Of a stretch of 64,000 nucleotides of DNA, positions 18,928 through 31,600 are shown piece after piece. A program made the position numbers and the translations under genes. Position 1 is the first letter of the stretch. Each line of letters opens with the position of its first letter. The notes under the pieces are model-generated. The model worked only from the letters and a program-made list of their open reading frames with translations. It made no database searches and was not told the origin of the DNA. The stretch is taken from the IMG/VR virus record IMGVR_UViG_3300024298_000009; one strand, written 5' to 3'. The DNA comes from an uncultured virus (IMG/VR IMGVR_UViG_3300024298_000009) (taxonomy: Duplodnaviria; Heunggongvirae; Uroviricota; Caudoviricetes).

Positions 18928-21051
18928 TTAGATCCTGCCCACAGCAACTTCAATAATGCCCTCAATCCCTTCAAAATCTTCTAAGGCTTTACCAATAATA
19001 GTACCAATTTGCGGGGTTGTACACGGTCTTGCATACCCGCTACCACCGCTGATTAGCATATCGCCCTTAGAAATTTTGCCTCGTACTTTACACGGAACTC
19101 GACCCTGTAATGCTAGGGCAACTACATATTGCCCAGTACAATGAGAATTCATCAAATAAGCAGGATCTGTAGATACAACTCCTGCTACACGAGTAGTTGC
19201 ATCTTCAGCTATTCTAACTTCTGCAGAACCACCAAATTCTAATACGGTACCAGGTTCGTATGCCGCATCAGCAATGTAATTTTCAGCTAAGTCAGCATAT
19301 CTAGCAGAAGTAGCTGTTCCTTGGAATAATCCAGTGGTAATAATATCGTTAGTTCCTGCATCTAAACGTTTATTAATAGTCCACTTATCTCCAGTGGCGC
19401 TATAAACTAATCTAGCATTTGCTCCACCAACTATAAATCCTGCACCGTCTGCATTGATAGGACTTTCTACGTCTTTTGCAACCGTAAATGTTAGGTCATG
19501 GACCATAACATCAGTTGAATTAATTGTTGTTGTAATGCCGTTTACAACTAAATTGCCTTGAATTATAAGGTCACTTGATACGGTTACGCTGTTTGTTTCG
19601 GCTGTTGTATTAATTGTTTCTGTATTAACTATTGGTGCATTAATATAATTTGAATATACTTTATTATATCTATAAGCACTAGATCCTAAATTTGCACCGC
19701 CAGTTACTCTTGGAGCAAGCATTGCTTTGGTATCGGCTCCTAGTCCAGCGGCAACCTGTCCGGATACTAACGAAACTTCAGCTAATTCTGACGGAACGCT
19801 TGTGTCGTTAACTCTAAAAACTAATTCACCGTAACTAGTTGCTGAGATTACTGGTAATGTAACATCAGCATCATAATATAATTTTAAAGTGTTGCTGCCA
19901 AGTGTAATACCGGCATCACTAACTTCTAATGAATTTAATGTTCCAACGCTGGTTAAAAATGAAGTTACTACGTTTGATGCTAATGTATCACCGGTTAACG
20001 TGCTTGCCGCAGATGTTATTGTAATATCAGATGTACCGTTAAAATTAACGCCGTTAATTTTTCTTGTTGTTTCTAATTGTGTGGCTGAAAATGCATTTCC
20101 AGACAACGATGCACCAATAAATTCATTAGCAATTACTCTATTAAATGAGCTTGATCCGGTAGCAACACTAACATTACCTACCACATTTCCTATTAAATTA
20201 GCTGTGATTGTTCCTGCTGAGAAGTTTCCAGAACTATCTCTAGCAACAACTTTTCCAATATCATTAGTTGACGATGCATCAACGGCCCATGTTCTTGTTA
20301 CGCTACCATCAAAATCGGCACCTGTAAGATATGTACCTTTAATTAATTTGTTAGTGGTTGCAGATTTAATTGTTACATCAGATCCGCCATCAAATACTAC
20401 ACCATTAATTGTTCTTGATGTTTGCAACCTAGAAGCAGTTGTTGAATTTCCTTCAACATTTCCTTTAATAACTACTAGAGAAGAAATGTTTAATCCTGGA
20501 ACTATAGTTGAAAATCCAGAAATAGAATCTGACGAACGAATAGTAAAAAATGTCTTTGATACAATACCTTGAACAATGTTGTTTACTTTCATTAAAATTA
20601 CAGCATGGGCCAAATTACTTGTATCATATAAGGTTGTAGATTCCATTTTGGTGCCAGGGAATCCGTCAACAGCTTCTGGGCCAACTAATTTCCATTCTGC
20701 TCCGTCATACACAAAAAGTTGATTTGTGTCTGGATTGAACCAAAAAGAACCTGTTCCTGTTGGAGGTTCTGATGTGCTTACATCAGCGGCTGAAGCCGAC
20801 TTCCACGATGCACCATCATAAATGTTTAAAGTGCTGGTTGTACTATTGTACCATAATTGCCCGCTAAGAGGTCTAATTGGTGCAGCACCATTTGCAAAAT
20901 TTTCTAATAAAAATAGAAAGTTTTCATTTTGAACTTCACCGTAGCCGGAGTAATTTCTACCTAGTAAACCTAAACTAGTTGTTGTATCTAATGTGCCGTC
21001 TTCTAAGACAACTAATTGTGTACCGTTGTATCGGTTTATAACGTATGGCAT
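18928..21051 (-). CDS. tail fibre protein with a putative C-terminal autocleaving chaperone domain
   Basis: Shared N-terminus; fibre repeats A..L.T.R.INGV.F.G..D.TI (twice); ARYADLAE...GVVSTDPA...ALQGRVPCKV. Confidence 0.75.
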   Translation of the reverse strand: MPYVINRYNGTQLVVLEDGTLDTTTSLGLLGRNYSGYGEVQNENFLFLLENFANGAAPIRPLSGQLWYNSTTSTLNIYDGASWKSASAADVSTSEPPTGTGSFWFNPDTNQLFVYDGAEWKLVGPEAVDGFPGTKMESTTLYDTSNLAHAVILMKVNNIVQGIVSKTFFTIRSSDSISGFSTIVPGLNISSLVVIKGNVEGNSTTASRLQTSRTINGVVFDGGSDVTIKSATTNKLIKGTYLTGADFDGSVTRTWAVDASSTNDIGKVVARDSSGNFSAGTITANLIGNVVGNVSVATGSSSFNRVIANEFIGASLSGNAFSATQLETTRKINGVNFNGTSDITITSAASTLTGDTLASNVVTSFLTSVGTLNSLEVSDAGITLGSNTLKLYYDADVTLPVISATSYGELVFRVNDTSVPSELAEVSLVSGQVAAGLGADTKAMLAPRVTGGANLGSSAYRYNKVYSNYINAPIVNTETINTTAETNSVTVSSDLIIQGNLVVNGITTTINSTDVMVHDLTFTVAKDVESPINADGAGFIVGGANARLVYSATGDKWTINKRLDAGTNDIITTGLFQGTATSARYADLAENYIADAAYEPGTVLEFGGSAEVRIAEDATTRVAGVVSTDPAYLMNSHCTGQYVVALALQGRVPCKVRGKISKGDMLISGGSGYARPCTTPQIGTIIGKALEDFEGIEGIIEVAVGRI

Positions 21052-21071
21052 TTAATTTCGCTCCTTATTCA

Positions 21072-22901
21072 TTATGATACAAACGTCCAGTTGCCAGCAA
21101 CTAGCTGGAATGTTTTTACAATTCTAAATACCGACACTACAGGAGCAGGAACCGTTGCTGTTGAAAAAGAAACGCCTGTAACTCCAAACGCTGTTCCGCC
21201 TGGAACTAAAGAACTTGGAGCATCTGGTGTAATAAATTCAGTTGTTGGAAGTGAATTTAAGTATGTATTAATGTTTAAACTTGATGAACCGTTTGATAAC
21301 GATGTACATAAAATTCGTGCTACCGTGCCGTCTCTAAAATCTGCCGGTGGCGCAACTAACGTTAAGTATGCTGCAATACCAGAATTAGAAATAGCATCTG
21401 AAATATCCATGCTAAAAACTAAACTTCTTGTTTCTATTGTATTATCAACATATTCTTTTGTTGCTGCATCTTGTTGATCGATAGGATCGTTCAATCCTGT
21501 AATTCTAGGATAGTTAATTAAACTAACATTTCCTGTTCCGTCTGGGGCTAATTCAAGATCCTGATTAGTCTGAACGGTTGCAATTCTATTATCTTCAAGG
21601 CGTAGGTAAGGTGTTGGAGGATTACCTGAACCAGGCGGAAGTTCTGGACCAACCGTTAATAAAGTTTGTGTACCAAAAGATGTAACACCAGGGATACTAG
21701 TAATTCCAGGACCTAATGATGTTGCTGTAATAACTTCAACACCGTTAATCTTAAATGCTTTTCCTGTGGCTAAATTTATATGTTCGGTACTATTCCATGC
21801 TGTGCTTGCCTGTGTCCATAAAAATTCATGATCGCTAGCGCCTTTTAAAATAATACCGCCGCCATCTGCATAAGCGTCTGTTGGAGTATCTGTTTTTGCT
21901 AATTCAATATTTTTATCTTCAACATTAATTGTTGAAGTATTAATTGTTGTAGTATCGCCTTGAATTGTAAAATCGCCAGCAACTACTAAATTTCCACCAA
22001 TGAATGTTTCACTGCCGGGATTATCTTTATAAATGTTTAGTGTTTGATTAATTGTGTCTACAGATAAAACACTATCAACCGCAGCACCTCGTTTTACTTT
22101 TACAGAAATGTTTTTATTTTCTGCATCGTTACGAAACTCAACATCACCATCTACAACAACAAATTGTCCTTGCTGTGCATCACCAACTAACAAACCTCTA
22201 TTTGAGGTAATTGTTAATTGTCCGTCAATAATGTTATCAGTATCTTGTCTTAAATATTTCGAAGCTGGTTGGTTTCCAAGTTTATCGGCGTTACTAGATG
22301 TAACATTAAATTTTAAATTTGTTAATGTACCAGCATTAAATCCTGGACCAATGTCTCCGGAAAACCCCGGAATAGCAATTTTAGGAGTAAAACTATCTTT
22401 TGAAAATATTCCTAACAACACACCGTTGGTGTATAGATATGTTATAACACGAGTTTGATTTAATGAATCAAGTATACTTGCTACTTTAAGTCCGCTAAGA
22501 CCTTGACTTTGAGAGTATGACGGTCCTAACAATATTGTATTTGTTCCATCATAGAAAAATAATTGTTTGTCAGTGTCATTAAACCATAAATCGCCTGTAC
22601 CTAATGTTGAAGGTTGTGTGTTTGATATTGTTGCCGAACTTACTGGTTGAAATTGAGTCCCGTTGTAAACTTTTAATTTTAATTCGCTTACATCAAACCA
22701 TATTTGTCCTCGGATAGGTCTTTCTGGTTCACCTGTATCAGCAAAATTTTCTAGCATCTTAACAAAGTTTTCGTTTAATGCTTCGCCAAATCCGCTGTAG
22801 TTTTTTCCAATTAATGTAATATCAGAAGATAGTTGATCGACTTGACCGTCGGCAACCGTTGCTAAAATACTTCCATCAGTTTTGTTTATTGTGTATGACA
22901 T
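21072..22901 (-). CDS. tail fibre-like structural protein
   Basis: Shared N-terminus (GKNYSGFGE..NENF..GQIWFD); GDTTTINTSTINVEDK and DAATKEYVD fibre motifs. Confidence 0.7.
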   Translation of the reverse strand: MSYTINKTDGSILATVADGQVDQLSSDITLIGKNYSGFGEALNENFVKMLENFADTGEPERPIRGQIWFDVSELKLKVYNGTQFQPVSSATISNTQPSTLGTGDLWFNDTDKQLFFYDGTNTILLGPSYSQSQGLSGLKVASILDSLNQTRVITYLYTNGVLLGIFSKDSFTPKIAIPGFSGDIGPGFNAGTLTNLKFNVTSSNADKLGNQPASKYLRQDTDNIIDGQLTITSNRGLLVGDAQQGQFVVVDGDVEFRNDAENKNISVKVKRGAAVDSVLSVDTINQTLNIYKDNPGSETFIGGNLVVAGDFTIQGDTTTINTSTINVEDKNIELAKTDTPTDAYADGGGIILKGASDHEFLWTQASTAWNSTEHINLATGKAFKINGVEVITATSLGPGITSIPGVTSFGTQTLLTVGPELPPGSGNPPTPYLRLEDNRIATVQTNQDLELAPDGTGNVSLINYPRITGLNDPIDQQDAATKEYVDNTIETRSLVFSMDISDAISNSGIAAYLTLVAPPADFRDGTVARILCTSLSNGSSSLNINTYLNSLPTTEFITPDAPSSLVPGGTAFGVTGVSFSTATVPAPVVSVFRIVKTFQLVAGNWTFVS

Positions 22902-22916
22902 GTCTTATTTCCAATA

Positions 22917-25004
22917 TTAGAATGCTGGTGGACCAGATCTTATGATATAGTTAATAGTCAAGAACGGATTCATAATACTAAACGGGGTTGCTAAAGTAGC
23001 ACTTGTTTTGATACCTCCGGATGTATTAAGATACTGAGCTTGACCAGCTGCTGTTGGTCCTAGTCCTGAACCAGGAGAAGTTCCCGGAACGACCGCCGAA
23101 TCAACTCTAACAACAGCAAATTGTCTATCAACTCCAGGCGGTTTTAAATTATGTTCATGTTCAGGCAGATTTCTAACTTCTAATACGCTTTCAGCATCTC
23201 CTGCACCGGCACCTAATGTATCTGCTTCTGTACCTGCAACACGATCAATGTTGCCGCCACCTGCGTCAATGAAGCCGCCGTTTTCTTCAGGAACGGTGCC
23301 ATAATTATCCATATTATCTCGACCTAGGGGGAATCTACCACGTAGATCCGGCAATACAAAAGTGTTTACACCCCTAGTTGGCAAACCATATGTGTTACCA
23401 ATAGCATCGTATAGTTTACTATATTTTGATTTTTCAACCTCTGATCCGTCACATAATAAAAATCCGTCTGGAATATCGATGCCTGCGTACGGTAAAATTC
23501 CGCCAATTGGAATTCCAAGGTCACCAACAAATACATCCCTTGATTCTTTTATTAGACCTGTACCAGATCTAAAAACTAAAACCAAATCGTCTGATTTTGA
23601 TACATTTGGAAAAGGAAATTCTTTTCCTTCAATAATGTTTGAAGTTAATGTTGTTGTAAACTCTTTAATACTTCCGCCAACAGAACCGTCAAAATTAATA
23701 ACCTGAGATGTTACGTCGCCTTTAATTTGAAAACTAGTAACCGTTCTTAAATTAGTGGCTGTTCTAGCATTACCTGCAACGTCACCGTCTAACACACCCT
23801 TTAAGAAATCTGCTTTGATAGTTTTAGCGTAAACCGTATCCCAACGTTTTCCGCCGGTTGTAGGATCTGCACCTAAACTATATGTTTCAGTTGTCTTTGG
23901 AAGAAGATTTTTAATAGTAGTTGTTCCGCCAACTTCTAATTCTGTTCCAACAATTAAATTTTTTGTAACTGCGGCTCCGCCTGCTGTTCTCAAAGATCCG
24001 TTATTAAAATTTGTACTTGGATCTGTGCTTGTGATAATAACATCACCGCTAACACCAATATCGCCACCTACGTCAAGTTCACGCTGAGGAGTTTCAATAT
24101 TAATACCAATCTTATTATCAATAACTCTTAAAATTGTTGATTGACTACCGTTTCTATTAACTTGTAAATCAATACTACTTCCAGGATTGGCATTATAAAT
24201 TTTTGCCGATGTTGCAGAAGATGAAATTCTAAATCCGCTGTCAACTCCTAATGTAATACCGCTATTACTTTTAACGTTAATTCCATATTCAGTTGTATTA
24301 GTAATATCAGATCTTAAAAACTTTGAAGCAACAACTTCTACATCATTAACAATCAATGCATCTGCTGCTTGAGCAGTTCCGTACAATTTTGGAGCATAAT
24401 TACCGTCGCCCGATGCAACGGTTGTTAAATTAATTCCTGATTTAATATCGATAAAACCAGGAATACTAATTTTAGGAGTAAAACTATCTTCGCTAATAAT
24501 AGCAATTGGCGTTTCATCTACTAAAAATTTAATAATTTTACGAGCTGTGTTGTCCGAGTCGTCAATAATGTCAACAATTGGTCCAGTTCTTAAACCGCTA
24601 GTTGTACTGAATTGAGGACCAACCAACACCCATGTTTCACCTGACCAAACATATAATTGTTGTTTAACGGTGTCGACCCAGATCTCTCCAACCTTGTCTG
24701 CACTAACAGATGGTTGTGTTGGGCTTTTCTGAATACTGCCTGCTGCTTTCCAACTGGTGTTGTCAAAGATCATCAGTGTACCAGTTTCACTTTCATACCA
24801 CAATTGCCCTTCAACTGGATTAACTGGTTCGGTGGGGCTAGCAAAATTTTCTAATAGGTGGAGAAAATTTTCTGCAATAATCTGGCCGTAGCCTGTAACA
24901 TTTCGTCCGGGAAATGTTAATGTTGTATCGGTACTTGAAGTATTGTCATATACCGTAATTGGCGATTTTGTATTTTTATCTGTGTAATTTACGCTATACG
25001 GCAT
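22917..25004 (-). CDS. tail fibre protein with a phage tail-collar domain
   Basis: Shared N-terminus; PIGGILPYAG..IPDGFLLCDG...YSKLYDAIG..YG...FVLPDLRGRFPLG; NLPEHEH; ends NPFLTINYII. Confidence 0.85.
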   Translation of the reverse strand: MPYSVNYTDKNTKSPITVYDNTSSTDTTLTFPGRNVTGYGQIIAENFLHLLENFASPTEPVNPVEGQLWYESETGTLMIFDNTSWKAAGSIQKSPTQPSVSADKVGEIWVDTVKQQLYVWSGETWVLVGPQFSTTSGLRTGPIVDIIDDSDNTARKIIKFLVDETPIAIISEDSFTPKISIPGFIDIKSGINLTTVASGDGNYAPKLYGTAQAADALIVNDVEVVASKFLRSDITNTTEYGINVKSNSGITLGVDSGFRISSSATSAKIYNANPGSSIDLQVNRNGSQSTILRVIDNKIGINIETPQRELDVGGDIGVSGDVIITSTDPSTNFNNGSLRTAGGAAVTKNLIVGTELEVGGTTTIKNLLPKTTETYSLGADPTTGGKRWDTVYAKTIKADFLKGVLDGDVAGNARTATNLRTVTSFQIKGDVTSQVINFDGSVGGSIKEFTTTLTSNIIEGKEFPFPNVSKSDDLVLVFRSGTGLIKESRDVFVGDLGIPIGGILPYAGIDIPDGFLLCDGSEVEKSKYSKLYDAIGNTYGLPTRGVNTFVLPDLRGRFPLGRDNMDNYGTVPEENGGFIDAGGGNIDRVAGTEADTLGAGAGDAESVLEVRNLPEHEHNLKPPGVDRQFAVVRVDSAVVPGTSPGSGLGPTAAGQAQYLNTSGGIKTSATLATPFSIMNPFLTINYIIRSGPPAF

Positions 25005-25006
25005 GA

Positions 25007-25675
25007 TTAAACCTCATTATATCCAGTTAAACTTTGAACTCGAATTGTATAATCAACTTGCAATAATCTATTCAATGATTTTTGCACTGGGTGGAAAATT
25101 ACATGAGTTAATAGTTTTCCGTTACCGTTTGGATCATAACTTTTTAGCCCAAGCTCGTCAAACACAAAATTTCCGCTCATATCTTGACTATTATCAAATG
25201 CTTCTTGACCGTCGGGCTCTCCGTAATCAAGTAAACAACTAACAACAATATCTGAATATGTTGCTCCGCTTACATGTCGAATTTCCATTTTATTTCGAAC
25301 AGGGTCGGTGTTTTCAGAAGCGTTTTGGTCAACAATTTTCTGATAAGTTTGATTATACAAGCTAGAATTAACACCAACGGTATTTGGGGTCAAATACGAA
25401 ATAAGCCCTGTAGGATCAACAATTGTTCCTCCTGTTCCAAAAGCCATTTGATATATTGTTCCTAGCCCTTGATTTGAAAGGCTGTTTACCATTGCTACTG
25501 ACATATTTTCATAGTGAATGGCGTTTCTCTTATCCACAAAAACCTCTTTGGTCTGCGGATCAAATATTTTAATATGACCTTCGAAGTGAAACCCGCCCGT
25601 TTCGTTGGGTTTTTGTTCGGTTACCTTGCTATTTGTGTTTTGATCTTGTGGCATTTTAGACTCTTTTATCTCCAT
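25007..25675 (-). CDS. baseplate/fibre-attachment-region structural protein (putative)
   Basis: 222-aa ORF between the giant protein and the fibre genes; FDELGL..., HVIFHPVQKS. Confidence 0.6.
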   Translation of the reverse strand: MEIKESKMPQDQNTNSKVTEQKPNETGGFHFEGHIKIFDPQTKEVFVDKRNAIHYENMSVAMVNSLSNQGLGTIYQMAFGTGGTIVDPTGLISYLTPNTVGVNSSLYNQTYQKIVDQNASENTDPVRNKMEIRHVSGATYSDIVVSCLLDYGEPDGQEAFDNSQDMSGNFVFDELGLKSYDPNGNGKLLTHVIFHPVQKSLNRLLQVDYTIRVQSLTGYNEV

Positions 25676-25679
25676 ATGT

Positions 25680-25685
25680 TATTTA
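25680..25685 (-). promoter_or_regulatory. late promoter core TAAATA, 4 nt before ATG 25675
   Basis: Minus strand reads TAAATA-ACAT-ATG. Confidence 0.5.
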
Positions 25686-28600
25686 TTATGGCAATTCCGT
25701 TGGCTTTTGATCAATGAAACGAGCAATAGCTGTATTGTTATCAAGCAGCGTAATACCTCTACTTGCTGTAGTTTCAGCTCTCTCGTACCATAATCTACCA
25801 ACTTTTCTAATTATTAAAATTCGTGTACCTTCAGTTGCTGGCTTAGTTAATCTTATATAAGGTGTTGCTCCGTCTACAGAAAATTCTGCTTCTAAAATTT
25901 CATCTGCCGATGGACTTACTGATCCTAAAGATTCGTTATAAACAGATAACTGATCTTTTCTTAATCTTTTGCCTGCAACAAATATTTCTACTTGATCGCA
26001 GGCTCCAAAATCTTCTGGAATTGTTTTTCTGGTAAAGCTAGATCTTGTTGATTTTGTTGGAACAAAAGATAATGGTCCAATCAACAATGTACTTCCGTCG
26101 CTAACAAACTCTTCTTTTTCTTGAGAATCAATATAAGGAATAATGTCATCAACACCTGCACTGATTACTGGGGTTCCTGCAGGATAAGTTTGACCGATTG
26201 AAGATCCTAACGTTCCTCTTCTTAATTGTCCTAACACGTTTCCGGATTTAGTTAAGAACTCGATGCGTTCTTTGTTGATTGTTACCACTCCAGGAATATT
26301 TTTAGACATATTAGGTTCGTCAAGAGCCGAAGCATCATTAACTTCAATAGTAGTATCGTAATAATTTAATTCTTTTGATAACTGAACATCATTAATAGCA
26401 TAACGCTTATAATGAGTTACGTTAAACATGTCTTTATACATTTCAAAAGCTCTTGGAGTTTTATAAACATTATTACCAAATTCCATAATTTCAATTTTGT
26501 CAGTTAACAAAGAAGGAATATTCAGATATACAACATTCCTTGGTGTTGAAACAACAAATTCTTTTCCTTGAACTAGTCTCTCGCCATTCTTATAAACCCA
26601 TACATAATGAGAATCTAATGGGGCTCTATTCAATTGATATTGAACTTTTCCTCCTGAATGAACGTCAGAAACAATGTCAAACGTTGGATATTCGCTAAAC
26701 CAAGTTACTTCTATTTGATCTTCGTCTACTAAGGTTACTAAATCAGAAATTTGTAAAATGTTATCTGTAACAGAATATTCTGCATTATTAATAATTTCTA
26801 TTCTAATAACATCTTGCAATTCTAGATATTCTGTATTAACAACCACGGTTCCGGTAGTGCCGTCATAGATATATGCCGTAACAAATGGCTGTAATATATT
26901 ATTAATATAAACTCTAACATCAACTGATGTTACCACAGATGTTGGATCTACACCTACTTCAACTTCGTTATTTGATCCGTCGTATATTCTATAATAAGTA
27001 TCTGGGCCTTTTAATTTTTTATTGTTTAACAAAACAACCATAGACGCAATTGCTGAACTTCTAGATGGATCTACAAATTTGTCTAGCATAAAAGATCGTG
27101 TTGATCCCTCATATGTTAAAATTTGTTTATTAACACGAATTACAGACAATCCAGAACTATCAACATTTGATGTTGAACCCAAACAAATGATTTTAATAAT
27201 TGAATTTGCATCTGGTGTTAATCCAAATTCTACCATTGTTTTTCCAGGTTCAATAGTTGTTCCTGTATCTTCAGCAACAATAGTACTATTAGTAAATCCT
27301 GTGTCGACTTGATGACCGTCAACGGTTACTAAAATATTTTGTGTTAAAGAATAATCTGCTTTTGTTAAGAACAATCTTGTATTGCCATCTGCAACAAACT
27401 CTTGGAAATCTAATAATGCAATACCCCCACGACCAATTGCAATGATCTCAATTGTAGAGCCTAGCGCAGGTGGAGTATTAAACACAATTTCGTTGGTTGT
27501 AAAATCTATGCTATAACTGGTTGTGCTATCTCCAAATGAAACATAGGAAATTTTATCTACATAGACCAATATTGATGCTTCTTCTATTATAGTTAAATCA
27601 ATGGCATATCGAGAAGTAATTCCATCTGAAATAACAACTTTATTTTGAATAGTTGCAGCACCACTGATTGTAGTTTGGAACACCTTAATAGAAACACTAT
27701 CAAGTATTTGTCCCGGTACATTTTCTTCAGGAGCAGGTGTATGATCTGGCGTATTAAATGCGCCACCGCTAATTACAATTTCTTCTGCTGTCATTCCTGT
27801 AGCAGTTGAATATGCACCGCTCATTGATGCTAATGTTCCGCCACTAATCTTAGAATCGAGAAGGTTTGTATCTGTAATATTAACAGATCCGTCGCTTTCT
27901 GCAGGACGGAAAATTAATACATCGCCTGCATATGTTTGGAAATAATTTTCAATAGAAACAATTTTTGTAGAACCATCTCCAACAAACGTTGGCATAAGAG
28001 CATTAGAATTTGTTACTAATGCCGAGTCGCCGGCATGATCAAAGTGTGGATCGTCAATTCTAATCGGTTTAGATGTTCCTGCTCTTTGTAGATAAATTGT
28101 AATTATTTGATTTTCTACAGGAGCTTCTGGTAGTTCAATCCCAGAGGTACTACCGTCAACAATTACATAATAATCGTCGTTAGAGTCAACGCTGTCCCAG
28201 CTATCAGTAAACCACGGAAGAGCGTCCCATCCGCCAGTTACATCAAATGTTGTTCCTTGAACTTGAACTCCGCCAAAATCAATACCGGTCATTAATTGTC
28301 CAACTTCATTTCCAATCATTCCGCTAGTTGGTGAATAATACTTGTTAATTCTGTTAACAGCATCTAACAATTCATCATTCTTTTCATATGTTATTGTAAT
28401 AACATCATCTTTAGCTGGCGGGTCAACAAAAATCAATCTACCTTTTAGGATCTTATAATCATCGGTAGATGTTTTGAACAATGATAAACTATATTCATTA
28501 TTCAATATTAATTGTTTGTTTTTAACAATAGTAATTTTCGATTTATCTCTTGTTGGCGCAAATGCTAAATCAAAAACCGCAGTACGTCCTGATGCAGTAA

Positions 28601-31600
28601 ATGTTTGAGAATGCGTAAATGCGTTATAAATGCCTTCTTTAGAAATTCTGTCAAACTTAATTCCAAGATTAAATGTTCTTGCTTTTGTTTGACCTAAAAT
28701 TGCAATTGCTTTTGCTTTTAATAAAGACGAACCGTTGCCACCAACTAACGTAATTGTTGGTGTTTCAGTATACCCTTCTCCAATATCAACCATTGTGATA
28801 CCAGAAACTTTACCATTTGAAATATATGCTTTAGCTTTTGCTCCTGTTCCGTTGCCCTCAATAAGAACGGTAGGAACAGATGTATAATCTGCACCTGCAT
28901 ATGAAACTTCAATAGATACTACTGAGAATCCTTTGTTGTCATACCACCACTTCCATGGATACTGATCAAATAAATTGTATCCATTATTCACTGGAACAAT
29001 TTTATTATCGCGTGTGGAATATACGGGAGGTAAATCAAAATCTAAAATATCTGTATTTGTTGATTCTTGATTTACATAACGACTTGTATATTCTCTAATA
29101 GAAGTTTTGTATGGTTTAATTTCTTCAAGATATTTTTGATACGCAGGAAGGTTATCGTTCTTGTAAGAAACTTTATGTTCTAACGATCCAACATTATGTA
29201 ATGCATTAATAAAACTTGTTTTAAATGCCCAGAAAATTGGCTGATTTTCTGAGAAAGCATATCTTACACAAGTGAAGAATAATTTATTCCACTCAACTTT
29301 AAGATCTCCAACAAATAAATCAGTTTTAATAGAATTTAAAATAATCCTTAATTCTCTTGAAGGTTCTAAGTCATATAATGCTGTATCATAATATCCAACA
29401 TTATCAAAACCAATAGCGGTTGTTTTAGTATTATAAAGAGAATCTTTAAATTCAATTGTTCCGTTTTGTCTAGCAACTAACAGATATTTTCCTAAAATTT
29501 CACCAGAGCCGTCTGCTGTTCTTTCAAGTACTGCCCATCCGCCGTTAGCATATTCTTTAACTCTAATTAAATCTCCTGGCTCAGTATATATTGTTGGTTC
29601 TAAATACAAACTTGGAACTTCATATAATATTCTAGTTGAGGTTGAGTATCCTGGTTTCCACCAATCGATATATGACCAATAGTTTCTTACATCATAACCT
29701 TGAGACTTACTCTTATAGAAAATTCTTCTTTGTTGATCCCAAGAATAGATACTCCAGAAATTATTAATTGTTTCATCAGTTCTAACTAATACTGAATACT
29801 CTCGAATTTTAACGGTGGCGGTTGTATATTTTCTTCCGGTTGTTTGAATTTTAACACTACTTACTCTACCTTGATTATCAATTGTAATATAAGCCCTGGC
29901 TCCTGTTCCGTCACCTTGTATTTCAATGTACGGAGCATTTTTATAACCAAATCCAGAATCTACAATATCAATTGTATCAACTTCGCCGTTAACAATATTT
30001 GCTTGTAATACTGCTTGGCGAACACGAATTGCACCAATTTGTTCTAAGTCAGTTATTGTATCTACTGCTACATCATATTCGTTTAATTTTTCATCTGGTT
30101 CTAAATCTGTTGAATTTAAATTATCAAAATTTAAAATTTCAGAATATGGATTTGTTAGTAATAATGAATTAATATTAGTAATAACAATTTTTAAAATTTC
30201 AGAACGATTTACAAACATACTCTGACGAGGTCTGAATGATAATCCGTATTTTTCTTTAGTAGAAAGTTTAGGATCAGGCACGGTATTACCTGCTTGATCA
30301 AATCCAACTAAACTATCGATCCATTTAGTCTCTAAAGTTTCTGGAGGAAGGTTGTCTGCAACGCCTTCAGCTAATAATACATATTCTCTATGCACAGGAT
30401 TAACTGAAGATTCATTTGTGTAGAATTCAATGTTTAATAATGCTCTTCCAGAAGTTACAAATTTATTAAAATTGTATGCTAAAATTTTATCACTATCTAA
30501 CAATGCTAATATTGGATATCCGCTTGAAATTGGCGTCTCAATCAACGCTGCAACTTCTCCTGCTGACAATTTTCTATTAACTTTTTGTGGGACAACGGTG
30601 CTGCCCTTAACCCAATAATAATATTTTATTTCTGTTACCTGTTGTGTAATTTCATTATAAAATTGTTTTACAGAATATACATCATCATTAGGATATAATG
30701 GCTGTCCAGAGATTCCTTCAGTTAATCCTGCAGTGGTGTCAGCAAGGGCACTCCATTCGCTAGGTAATAGAGTAGTTTCAACCCATTCATAAACATCAAT
30801 AGTAGATCCTTTAGCTAATTGTCCCCAATTACCGTTTCTATAAGCAATATCGCCTTGCTCATAGTACAACCACTTAGCTGTGTTTAAATTCCACCATAGT
30901 TTTCCAACGTTCTTTGTAAACCAAGCTGCGTCAGGATCTACTACGGTTTCTTCTGTTCCGTTGGTATAAATTGCTGGATCGTACGGTGTTTTAAAATTAA
31001 GTTCCTGTTCTGCAAGTCCTAATATTTTTAATTTAATTGGATCAATAAAATCAATGTCGCTTATCTTAACATTTTTATCTGCATCAATTAAAGAAATATT
31101 TTTAATTTTAGAAATATCAATTAATTGTTCTTGAACGGCTAATGTTTTTAAAGATTTAACAGAAGTATCTTTTCTAAATGTTCTAACTAAACCGTCACCG
31201 TTATTGTAGTTAGGAGAACCAACTACAATAACATCGGATGTTGCATCAATGGCATAACCAAAAGATTCATTATTGGTTACGTCTGCTTCTAATTTTTCTG
31301 TTAAGAAATATTTTCCACTAACTCTTTCAAAAGAATATACCTGTCCCGAATAACCGTTAAATGTTGAAAATATTGTTGAATTTTTATCAAATGTAGTTCC
31401 TGTTTCAAAATATGCATAAGATTTGTATGGAGCATTTTTTGCGCCAACAACTATTCTTTCTGTTCCAGAACTAATAGATACATCAGAACCAAACAACAAA
31501 TTATTATATTCTTCAAAACTTTCTAATTTTTGTTTTAATCTCCATTCTGGATTTGTTAAACTAGTTGCAGAGAAATAATATACTGCACCTTGATTTTGTA

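Noticed and set aside
19889..20572. 227-aa + strand ORF and the other antisense ORFs in the track (e.g. 9420, 21016, 22054, 48071, 54112, 55509, 59007, 63691)
   Set aside because: Shadows of well-supported genes on the opposite strand, with no motifs or translation signals.
17059..25004. Diversity-generating retroelement or invertible cassette acting on the fibre genes
   Set aside because: No reverse transcriptase or recombinase in the window and no near-identical template/variable repeat pair noticed.
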